Source: a virus | DNA: 47,049 nucleotides | IMG/VR virus record: IMGVR_UViG_3300048134_000195 | Location: 1 to 47,049 of that record | Direction: 5' to 3' (one strand) | Part shown: in pieces, positions 34,101-40,881 of the stretch | Layout: each line of letters begins with the position of its first letter | Position numbering within the stretch: the first letter of the stretch is position 1 | Notes under the pieces: model-generated | What the model saw: only the letters and a program-made list of their open reading frames with translations | The model's database searches: none | Told to the model about the DNA's origin: nothing | Translations under genes and position numbers: made by a program

Positions 34101-34185
34101 CAATCCAGACACATCAAGAAAACACACAACACTACGCACGCGTCCAGTAAACGTATCCACCCCACCAACCAACCAACCTACGACC

Positions 34186-34434
34186 ATGCCCTCGACCAGC
34201 ACCGAAGACCGCATCCTCAGAACAGTCGACGCCCAGACCAGCCCCGCCCAGCCCGACACCGTCCGCCCGGGGACGATCGTGCTGACGCTCGCCGGCAACG
34301 GCTCGATGAACCCCGGCGACGTCCGCCAGGGGATGCAGTCGGCTGTCGACGCCGGTCGACTCGAGCACACCGAGGAGGGGCGTCTTCGCGTTGCGGATGG
34401 CGTCGACGTGCCGGTCCCGGGGAAACCCGCGTGA
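34186..34434 (+). CDS. Hypothetical small protein (82 aa)
   Basis: Track ORF. Acidic/neutral composition, and the only plausible frame in this gap. Confidence 0.45.
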   Translation: MPSTSTEDRILRTVDAQTSPAQPDTVRPGTIVLTLAGNGSMNPGDVRQGMQSAVDAGRLEHTEEGRLRVADGVDVPVPGKPA

Positions 34435-34535
34435 GTAGATAAGGAAATTAATCTCGCCACGCAGCACTATTTTCCCCGGTTCCCGTGATTCCATCCGCTT
34501 CGACGACTCACACCCGTGGTTTGTGCGTCGAGGAA

Positions 34536-34582
34536 CCCGGTTTTCGAGACGTTATCCCTGGGGTCGCACCACGAAAACCGGG
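34536..34582. repeat. 11-bp perfect inverted repeat (cccggttttcg / cgaaaaccggg) with a 25-nt spacer
   Basis: Read directly. It lies in the 254-bp non-coding gap downstream of the par operon. Confidence 0.7.
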
Positions 34583-34688
34583 CCCCACACAGGGAGTAAA
34601 CCGTATACTGCGATAGGAAGTCAGTCTGCAGTTGCCCGGACGGCGCTGCCTCTACCTTCGGAACCTCTCTGGGTGCGATCAGTAAACC

Positions 34689-35081
34689 TCACTCAATCGC
34701 GTAGCCCCATCCCCGCAGGACCTCCGCAATCTCGTCGTCGTGCTCGAGGCCGACCAGCAGCGCAGCCTCGCGCAAGTCCGCCTTCTTCACAGACTCGCCG
34801 AGCAACTGCTCGACGTCACTCTTCCCGGCGCGTTCAGCGTCCACAGTATCGGCTTGTAGATGGAGTTGCACCGTCTTCTCACGCCCGTCCGTAATGCTAT
34901 TTCGGCGATGAATCCATGGCAGCCGCGTCGTCGTGTCACCGCCAGCATCCTGCACCGACCCACCCGTCGACTCAGGAGTCTGGTCGCGGTCGACGTCGCG
35001 ACGATCGTCGGCGTCCTCTTCCTCCTCAAAACTATCATCATCCCAGTCGTCGTCCGCAGCGCCGCTCTTGAATCCAGCCAT
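34689..35081 (-). CDS. Acidic protein with a C-terminal RHH-like domain, ParG-like partner of ParA (130 aa)
   Basis: Track ORF with ATGA overlap onto parA. C-terminus is ..LPWIHRRNS..VQLHLQ..ADLREAALLVGLEH..LRGWGYAIE. Confidence 0.55.
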   Translation of the reverse strand: MAGFKSGAADDDWDDDSFEEEEDADDRRDVDRDQTPESTGGSVQDAGGDTTTRLPWIHRRNSITDGREKTVQLHLQADTVDAERAGKSDVEQLLGESVKKADLREAALLVGLEHDDEIAEVLRGWGYAIE

Positions 35082-35968
35082 CAGGCGGTCACCTCGGTTT
35101 CATCCTCGTCGTCGAGCGCACCGGGCTCAGGCGGGGATGGTGCCTCAATCCCGCCAACGCGCTCGATGAACCGCGCGATTTCGTCGAACTGCGCGAGCGT
35201 ATCCACTTCGTAGTCCCGGCGCCGGTCGCGGTGTTCACGAACGTACTGATACGCCGAGCACTGTTGCCGCCAGCACCCCTCCAGCAGGGCCGTCCGGTCC
35301 CCGATCACCGCGGGGACGTCGTACGGGATCTCCTTGAGGAGGTCCTGCTGATCGCTCGTTCCCTTGACCCCGACGGGGACGGCGCCGAGGACACCGACGT
35401 CGATGTTCAATTCGTCCGCGAAGTTCCGCGCGAGGTCCTCCAGCCCCTCAACTGCTGCTTGTCCTTTCGCGCTCGGTTCGACTGGGAGGAGGAGGTTTCG
35501 CGTGGCGTAGATCGCGTTGTAGAGGTGTGCCCCCTCCGTTGCGGGCGGGTCGACGATGACGACGTCGTACTCGCTGGGGACGTCGGCTTCTTGGAGGACG
35601 CGCCGGAGCTGGGCGTGGACGTTGTATGCTTCGCCGAAGTCCTCTGCTTTCTGCTTCTCGCGGCGGAGGTGGTCTTCGAGGTCCGACAGCGCGTTGTGCT
35701 CGGGGACAATGTCGACGCCCTCGGCGGTCCGAATGAGGTCGTGGAACGGACCGCGTGGTGAGTCGACCATGTGGCGGACGATGTTGTCGGCTGAGGAGTT
35801 CTCGCGGTCGTCGTCGACGTCGAAGAGGCGGCTGAGGTTTCCGTCCTGGGGGTCGAGCGGAACCACGAGGACGTCGAGGCCGGCTCGGCGATGCGCGACG
35901 GCGAGGTTCGCAGTAAGCGTCGTTTTGCCGACGCCACCTGCCTCCGAGTACACGGTGTACGCGAGCAT
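35081..35968 (-). CDS. parA: ParA/Soj-type partition ATPase (295 aa)
   Basis: Track ORF. Deviant Walker A VYSEAGGVGKTTLTANLA and Walker B-like YDVVIVDPPA. Confidence 0.85.
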   Translation of the reverse strand: MLAYTVYSEAGGVGKTTLTANLAVAHRRAGLDVLVVPLDPQDGNLSRLFDVDDDRENSSADNIVRHMVDSPRGPFHDLIRTAEGVDIVPEHNALSDLEDHLRREKQKAEDFGEAYNVHAQLRRVLQEADVPSEYDVVIVDPPATEGAHLYNAIYATRNLLLPVEPSAKGQAAVEGLEDLARNFADELNIDVGVLGAVPVGVKGTSDQQDLLKEIPYDVPAVIGDRTALLEGCWRQQCSAYQYVREHRDRRRDYEVDTLAQFDEIARFIERVGGIEAPSPPEPGALDDEDETEVTA

Positions 35969-36003
35969 AGTCGTAGCTGTGTCTCTGAGGTAATGAATCT
36001 ACG

Positions 36004-36019
36004 TCAGACACTTGTCTGA
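36004..36019. promoter_or_regulatory. Palindromic operator candidate TCAGACA-CT-TGTCTGA upstream of parA
   Basis: 7-bp arms about 35-50 nt upstream of the parA ATG (35968). Contains CACTTGTCT, which is also at 37957-37965. Confidence 0.45.
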
Positions 36020-36074
36020 GAACGATAGATGAGTGAGATATCTTAGTAAGAAGTCTATCTAAGACGCCTAAGAT

Positions 36075-36854
36075 TCAATTCTGAGACTCTGATTCTGGCT
36101 GGTATCCCCACTGAACAAGCTGATCTACGACAAGTCCGGGACGTTCTATTGCCGCGAGGATGGCAGCTTCCCGAAGATCTGCGCGATAAACATCTTCATT
36201 CAGTTGGGTTTCGATCTGGTTCTGGAATTCCACGAATTTGCGCGCGGTTTCGTCTTGGAGGTGCAGTTGCTTCGTGACACTCCGATCCGTGACAGGGGAC
36301 TCACGCTGATAGATCCAAGGGAGTGAGACGTCTTCGGTGGTCGTCTCGTGTTTGTCATCTGGGTCGCCCGTCGCGTAGCTGACGAGTTCCTCCCAGTGTT
36401 CGGTAAGGCCAGTCAGGCCGATCCGGCTGAGATTTCCATCGATTACATCAAAGCTAAACTCGCCAGTGGCGTGAGTGGTGGCGCCGATGACGGGGCCGTA
36501 TCCAGATGCGTTGTCAAGTAGCGACTCGTTTTCGTCGAACAGATAGTCCGCAGCGACAAGGATTGGGTGGCAGTCTGCAGCTGCGTAGTCTCGGAGTTGC
36601 GATGCCGCTCCGATGGAGTCCGCGAGCGTCGTCTTCACCTCGAACGCGTATTTCGCAGAGGGCTCAACGCTGAACTCGTTTTCTTTCATCAGCATTACGT
36701 CGGCTCGGCGCTCCCTGCCGTCGACGGTGACCGGCTTCTCTTCGTGGACAACGACGTCGGTCGCACTATCCTGGAACTGGTTGGTGTACTCGCTAAGCGT
36801 ATGCAGAAGTGCTCGTTTCAGGACGTCGTGGTCCATTGTATCGAGGTCACCCAT
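36075..36854 (-). CDS. PD-(D/E)xK-like nuclease domain fused to a C-terminal RHH-like domain (259 aa)
   Basis: Track ORF. Candidate catalytic residues in RRADVMLM and YAFEVKT. The C-terminal ~75 aa are alignable with the C-terminus of 34689..35081. Confidence 0.55.
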   Translation of the reverse strand: MGDLDTMDHDVLKRALLHTLSEYTNQFQDSATDVVVHEEKPVTVDGRERRADVMLMKENEFSVEPSAKYAFEVKTTLADSIGAASQLRDYAAADCHPILVAADYLFDENESLLDNASGYGPVIGATTHATGEFSFDVIDGNLSRIGLTGLTEHWEELVSYATGDPDDKHETTTEDVSLPWIYQRESPVTDRSVTKQLHLQDETARKFVEFQNQIETQLNEDVYRADLREAAILAAIERPGLVVDQLVQWGYQPESESQN

Positions 36855-37470
36855 CGAGGAGTTCCTCCCGCGCCTCCTGGACGCGCTGGTACTCGGCCTC
36901 GTCCCCGCCCTGGTCGGGATGCGTCTCCTTCACGCGCTCCCGATACGCCGCCCGAATCTTCTCGGGACTGGCGTCGCGATCGACACCGAGGATAGTGTGG
37001 GCGGGGGGCTCGCCGGCGACGACTGCGTCGGTGTCCCCGTCGGCAGGTGGGAGGCGTGCGTTTGCGAACTCTGACTCTCCGGTCGCGACGGGACGATTCT
37101 CCATCCGGCGCTTCTCACGAAGGTACAGTCCGGCCTGCCGGACATTATCGCGGAGCCGGGTGTGAGTGTCGCAGGCGACGGCGTAGTCGGCGTCGTCCAT
37201 TCGCCAGCGCAGCACGAACCCAGGGTCATCTGGGTTCGCACGGGCGTATGGTCGCTGGTCGGTTTTGCGCTGCTGGGCGTCGAACTCGTAGCGGTATCTG
37301 TCCGCGCCGATGCGCTCGAGCTCCTTCTCCAAGTCGTCGAAGGCGTCCGAGAGAGACACCGAGAAATTGTTGTTCGGTTCTCGGTGCTCTGCGCTCGTTC
37401 GGTCAAAGCCGGCTGGCCAGTCGATACGCGAGTTCGAACGGGTAGATGAGGTCGTTGAGTTACTCGCCAT
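36847..37470 (-). CDS. J-domain (DnaJ-like) protein (207 aa)
   Basis: Internal ATG 37470 of track ORF 36847..37578. C-terminal ILGVDRDASPEKIRAAYRERVKETHPDQGGDEAEYQRVQEAREELL contains the HPD motif. Confidence 0.8.
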   Translation of the reverse strand: MASNSTTSSTRSNSRIDWPAGFDRTSAEHREPNNNFSVSLSDAFDDLEKELERIGADRYRYEFDAQQRKTDQRPYARANPDDPGFVLRWRMDDADYAVACDTHTRLRDNVRQAGLYLREKRRMENRPVATGESEFANARLPPADGDTDAVVAGEPPAHTILGVDRDASPEKIRAAYRERVKETHPDQGGDEAEYQRVQEAREELLDG

Positions 37471-37945
37471 CGAGGATCTCCTCCATGCGGTCGAGGGCGT
37501 CCTCGAGGTTGTCTCGGTTGAGGTTCTTCTCCGCACGCTGGGCGTCCGCGAGCGCGTCCCGCAGCTCATCAACGTCAATGCTCTGTGATTCGGCTTCGTG
37601 GAGTTCGCGTTCGAGGCGTTGCTTTTCGACGCGGAGCTCTTCGAGCTCGTCGCGTGCCTGCTCGAGTTTGTGCTCGAGCGCGTCGGCGTCGGCGTCGTCG
37701 GTGGTGCCGAGGTCGAGGCGGTCGCGTTGTTCGCTGGGGATGTTCTCGGGTTGGAGTTCGTAGACGCCGCGGCCGACGTTGGTGACGTAGTCGGCGCTCT
37801 CCATCTGTTGGAGGCGTTGGGTGATCCACTGGCGTGAGACGTCGAGTTGTTCGGCGAGGTTTGAGGGGACGTTGCGGCCGGTGGCGAGCGTTTCGAGGAT
37901 GCGCTCGTCGATGTCTTTCAGCTCGTGTGCCATTTGCTGGTGCAT
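37460..37945 (-). CDS. wHTH plus coiled-coil protein, repressor-like (161 aa)
   Basis: Track ORF. ERILETLATGRNVPSNLAEQLDVSRQWITQRLQQMESADYV is followed by heptad-rich LEQARDELEELRVEKQRLERELHEAE. Confidence 0.7.
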   Translation of the reverse strand: MHQQMAHELKDIDERILETLATGRNVPSNLAEQLDVSRQWITQRLQQMESADYVTNVGRGVYELQPENIPSEQRDRLDLGTTDDADADALEHKLEQARDELEELRVEKQRLERELHEAESQSIDVDELRDALADAQRAEKNLNRDNLEDALDRMEEILDGE

Positions 37946-38132
37946 GGATTCATCGCCACTTGTCTATTGTCATCGACACCGTAAATAGTTGACCACTGTC
38001 CGGTACAATACACTTGACAACAGTAAACTATAAGGGCATACGGCGTGTACCCTGAAGTAGAGCCCGAGGGACGCCACACGAGAGAAAGTGGCCGCGTGCC
38101 ATAACACGCGACCTCGGGTCACCGAACGACCC
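37946..38132. promoter_or_regulatory. Divergent promoter/operator (switch-like) region between the minus-strand island and the rightward early operon
   Basis: Low-G+C gap. TATA-like taaatag (37982-37988) and actataag (38027-38034). CACTTGTC-type motifs at 37957, 37993 and 38011. Confidence 0.55.
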
Positions 38133-38582
38133 ATGAGCACCAAAACACCCGACACCCAAGACGATTCCGACCAAACCCTCAACGGGGAAACCGACGCCTA
38201 CGTCATCCCCCACGAGTGGCTGCAGAACGCACCGACCGCCACCATCACCAACGGCGAGACCGAATACTACGCCGTCCTCTACACCGTCGAACGCAACGTC
38301 ACCAACGACGAAGACGTCCTCGCCGGCCGCAAGCAGGGCCGCGCCGAAGAGTGGACCATTCACGCACTCTACGTCCGCGCGGACGGCCAGCGCGCCGTCG
38401 AGTACCCCTACGACGCTCGCGTCATCGACACCGGCACGGGTCTCGACGTCACCCCGCGTGACTTCCAAGCGACCGTCGCCGTCGACGGCGAGATCGTCAC
38501 GCCCCACAGCGCCCCCCAATCCCAGCTAGTCGTCGAAGCGCTCGACGCACTACACGACATCCAAATCGAGGCCGACGCCTAA
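38133..38582 (+). CDS. Hypothetical early protein (149 aa; alternative GTG 38088)
   Basis: Track ORF 38088..38582. ATG 38133 gives MSTKTPDTQDD.... Confidence 0.55.
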   Translation: MSTKTPDTQDDSDQTLNGETDAYVIPHEWLQNAPTATITNGETEYYAVLYTVERNVTNDEDVLAGRKQGRAEEWTIHALYVRADGQRAVEYPYDARVIDTGTGLDVTPRDFQATVAVDGEIVTPHSAPQSQLVVEALDALHDIQIEADA

Positions 38583-39055
38583 TGCGGGGACACGACATCC
38601 ACGGTCGCGGCGCGCGCCGCATCCGCAGCGACCACCGCCAGACCGCCATCGACGAGTTCCATCACCGCATCCTCCGTGATGGCGTCCACGACGACATCGT
38701 CGAAGACGCCCAACTCGCCCACCTCGAAGACGCCATCGCGAAGCTCGAGGACACGCGCGACCGGCGCCGGAGAGAACTTGAGACTGACGCCGATCCTGCA
38801 CAGGCAGTCGTCGACGCGATCGAGGACCTGCAGGAGACGGCACGCGAGCGCGTCATGGAAGTCTGCGCTATGCGAGCGCGGATTGTCCTCGTCGACGGCG
38901 ACGTCTGGGTCCAGGAGGGCTACGAGGACGAGGCCGACGTCGAGGCGGCGAAGCGGGAGGCCGCGACGTGGCTGGTCGCGAACGACGATGTGACGAAGCG
39001 GACGTTCGGCGGAATGGACGAGGCAGTCTCCGAGGAGGTCGATGCCAGTGAGTGA
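38582..39055 (+). CDS. Hypothetical early protein (157 aa)
   Basis: Track ORF. TAATG overlap: the ATG shares one base with the upstream TAA. Confidence 0.55.
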   Translation: MRGHDIHGRGARRIRSDHRQTAIDEFHHRILRDGVHDDIVEDAQLAHLEDAIAKLEDTRDRRRRELETDADPAQAVVDAIEDLQETARERVMEVCAMRARIVLVDGDVWVQEGYEDEADVEAAKREAATWLVANDDVTKRTFGGMDEAVSEEVDASE

Positions 39056-39266
39056 TCACGAGACCGGCAGCCCCCAGAGTCGTCTCGCCGGCGTGCGCAA
39101 GCAGCTGCGGCTTGCCCTCCAGGACGTCGACGACCCCACGGCAGCAGCACGCATCCAAGACGCGCGCCGAGCAGCCCGCCGCGCCAGCGACGAACTCGCA
39201 TCTGTCCCGATTATGGTCGATCCTATTCCCGTGGACACGTCCGAATCCGAGGAGGTCGAGGAGTGA
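39042..39266 (+). CDS. Hypothetical small protein (74 aa)
   Basis: Track ORF. Confidence 0.5.
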   Translation: MPVSDHETGSPQSRLAGVRKQLRLALQDVDDPTAAARIQDARRAARRASDELASVPIMVDPIPVDTSESEEVEE

Positions 39267-39412
39267 TGTCGCGCTGGAGTACTGACCCGGATGAGCTCGG
39301 CGCGGAGATCGCGTACGCGCTCCACGAAGGCATCGACGTCATCGAGCACCTGAAGCGTAAGCATCAGGCCGAGGGCTGGAACGGACCCAGCAACGACGGT
39401 GGTCGAGCGTGA
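39266..39412 (+). CDS. Hypothetical small protein (48 aa)
   Basis: Not in the track. ATGA overlap upstream and GTGA overlap downstream. MSRWSTDPDELGAEIAYALHEGIDVIEHLKRKHQAEGW... Confidence 0.45.
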   Translation: MSRWSTDPDELGAEIAYALHEGIDVIEHLKRKHQAEGWNGPSNDGGRA

Positions 39413-39654
39413 AGAACGTCTTCGATCCCGACACAGAGTTCATCATCGAACCGTCCCAGACGCCAGTTTCGGAGGATGGCTACAAGATTGGCGAGCCGAA
39501 ATACATCGAGTGCGCGCACTGCAGTGCGCGTGAGTTGCTGACCGAGGAGCCATCCCCCGGTGTGGACGAGCTCCAGCACGACCTGGATTGCCCGCAGCGC
39601 TTCGCTCGGACGCCGTGGTGGCGCGACTACTTCCTCCATAACGCCAGCGACTAA
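39409..39654 (+). CDS. Hypothetical small protein (81 aa) with CAHC...C..H
   Basis: Track ORF (GTG start). Confidence 0.5.
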   Translation: MKNVFDPDTEFIIEPSQTPVSEDGYKIGEPKYIECAHCSARELLTEEPSPGVDELQHDLDCPQRFARTPWWRDYFLHNASD

Positions 39655-39686
39655 CCTCCTCGGCTGCCGGTAGTCTTCCTCCAGTC

Positions 39687-39728
39687 TTAACCAACACGCG
39701 ACCGGATAGCAGTGGCTGTGTTGGTTAA
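39687..39728. repeat. 11-bp perfect inverted repeat ttaaccaacac / gtgttggttaa with a 20-nt spacer
   Basis: Read directly. It lies upstream of orc1/cdc6 and is followed by a T5 run (39744-39748). Confidence 0.7.
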
Positions 39729-39741
39729 ATCGTGGGCGGTC

Positions 39742-39762
39742 TGTTTTTCCGAAATAACCCCC
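39742..39762 (+). promoter_or_regulatory. ORB-like element tgtttttccgaaataaccccc (copy 1, upstream of orc1/cdc6)
   Basis: TTTCCGAAA dyad-like core plus a C5 (G-string on the other strand). 16 of 21 positions match the copy at 40825..40845. Confidence 0.4.
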
Positions 39763-39796
39763 AGTAGTTATCCCCGCGCCCACCCGACCACGAGGT

Positions 39797-40816
39797 ATGT
39801 ACGCTCGGTATCACGTCTTCGATGAAGGCTGGGTGCCCGAGGACCTCCATGCCCGCAACGGCGAGCTGCAAGCGCTCGCCGACGCCCTCGACGACCTCGC
39901 GCGTGGGTCCCGTGCGCCTAACCCCGTCCTCCTCAGCGGGCCGCCCGGCGCCGGGAAAACCGCGTCATCCCGGTACGTCCTCGACGATCTCGAAGACTCC
40001 ACGACAGTCCACACGGCGTTAGTCGACGCCTGGACGAACCACAAGCCCTACCAGACGTACGGCGCGCTCCTCCAGGAGCTCGGGAAGGCTGGCGTCGTCC
40101 AACCCCAGACCCCGCACAGCGCCCTCCGTGATCGTGTCCGCGACGCCACCCCAGACGGCGGCGTCGTTGTCGTGCTTGACGAGGCCGACCAGCTTGACGA
40201 CCCACAGATCCTGCGTGACCTCGACGCGATGGCTGGTGTTGCGGTGGTCGCAATCGTCAACGACGAGGCCGGGTTCCGCGACCGGCTCGACCGCAAATCC
40301 GCCGGCGTCGAGTTCCGCGAGTCAGTCCCGTTCGGCCCCTACAGTGAGGGAGAGTTAGTGGATATCCTGCAGCCGCGTGCAAGCCGTGGGCTGCGCCTGG
40401 GGTACCGGCGGACGAACGCCCTCGAGGCAGTTGCCGCGCGCGCCAACGGGAACGCACGGGTTGCCATCCAGGGGCTGCGGGCAGCTGCCGAGCACGCGCA
40501 CGAGTCGAATCGTAGCGAGATCCGCATCTGGGACGTCGAGGCTGGGATTGATACGGCGGTCGAGCAGATCCGCCGGAAGACCCGGTCGCGGTTGCAGCGC
40601 CACGAACGCGTCGTCCTGGAGGTGGTTGAGGATCTTGAGCCGGCGCGGAAAAGCGCGGTCTACGAGGAGTACGCGAATCGGGTTGGGGAGGAGGCGCGGA
40701 GTCAGCGCCGTGTTGAGGATTATCTCTCGAAGTTGACGTCGTATAATCTGCTTGTGGCTGAGGGGGAGACGCGCGCTCGTCGATACGCGGTTGCTGGCGA
40801 GGCGGCGACGGCGTAA
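39797..40816 (+). CDS. orc1: Orc1/Cdc6 replication initiator (339 aa)
   Basis: Track ORF. Walker A LLSGPPGAGKTASS, Walker B VVVLDEADQL and a C-terminal winged helix. Confidence 0.9.
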   Translation: MYARYHVFDEGWVPEDLHARNGELQALADALDDLARGSRAPNPVLLSGPPGAGKTASSRYVLDDLEDSTTVHTALVDAWTNHKPYQTYGALLQELGKAGVVQPQTPHSALRDRVRDATPDGGVVVVLDEADQLDDPQILRDLDAMAGVAVVAIVNDEAGFRDRLDRKSAGVEFRESVPFGPYSEGELVDILQPRASRGLRLGYRRTNALEAVAARANGNARVAIQGLRAAAEHAHESNRSEIRIWDVEAGIDTAVEQIRRKTRSRLQRHERVVLEVVEDLEPARKSAVYEEYANRVGEEARSQRRVEDYLSKLTSYNLLVAEGETRARRYAVAGEAATA

Positions 40817-40824
40817 CACCAGGG

Positions 40825-40845
40825 TGTTTTCTCGAAATTTCTCCC
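40825..40845 (+). promoter_or_regulatory. ORB-like element tgttttctcgaaatttctccc (copy 2, downstream of orc1/cdc6)
   Basis: Same orientation as copy 1, 16/21 identity. Confidence 0.4.
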
Positions 40846-40849
40846 TTCG

Positions 40850-40859
40850 GTTAAGTAAC
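40850..40859 (+). promoter_or_regulatory. TATA-like promoter element GTTAAGTAAC (copy 2)
   Basis: Identical to 5313..5322 and centred about 28 nt upstream of ATG 40882. Confidence 0.5.
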
Positions 40860-40881
40860 CAGTCCTCGTCGGTAGTCGTGT

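Noticed and set aside
34155-34165. 11-mer CCACCCCACCA shared between the gap at 34155-34165 and 45754-45764.
   Set aside because: Identical 11-mers are expected hundreds of times by chance in 2 x 47 kb, especially C-rich words in a GC-rich genome. This is not evidence of a shared site on its own.
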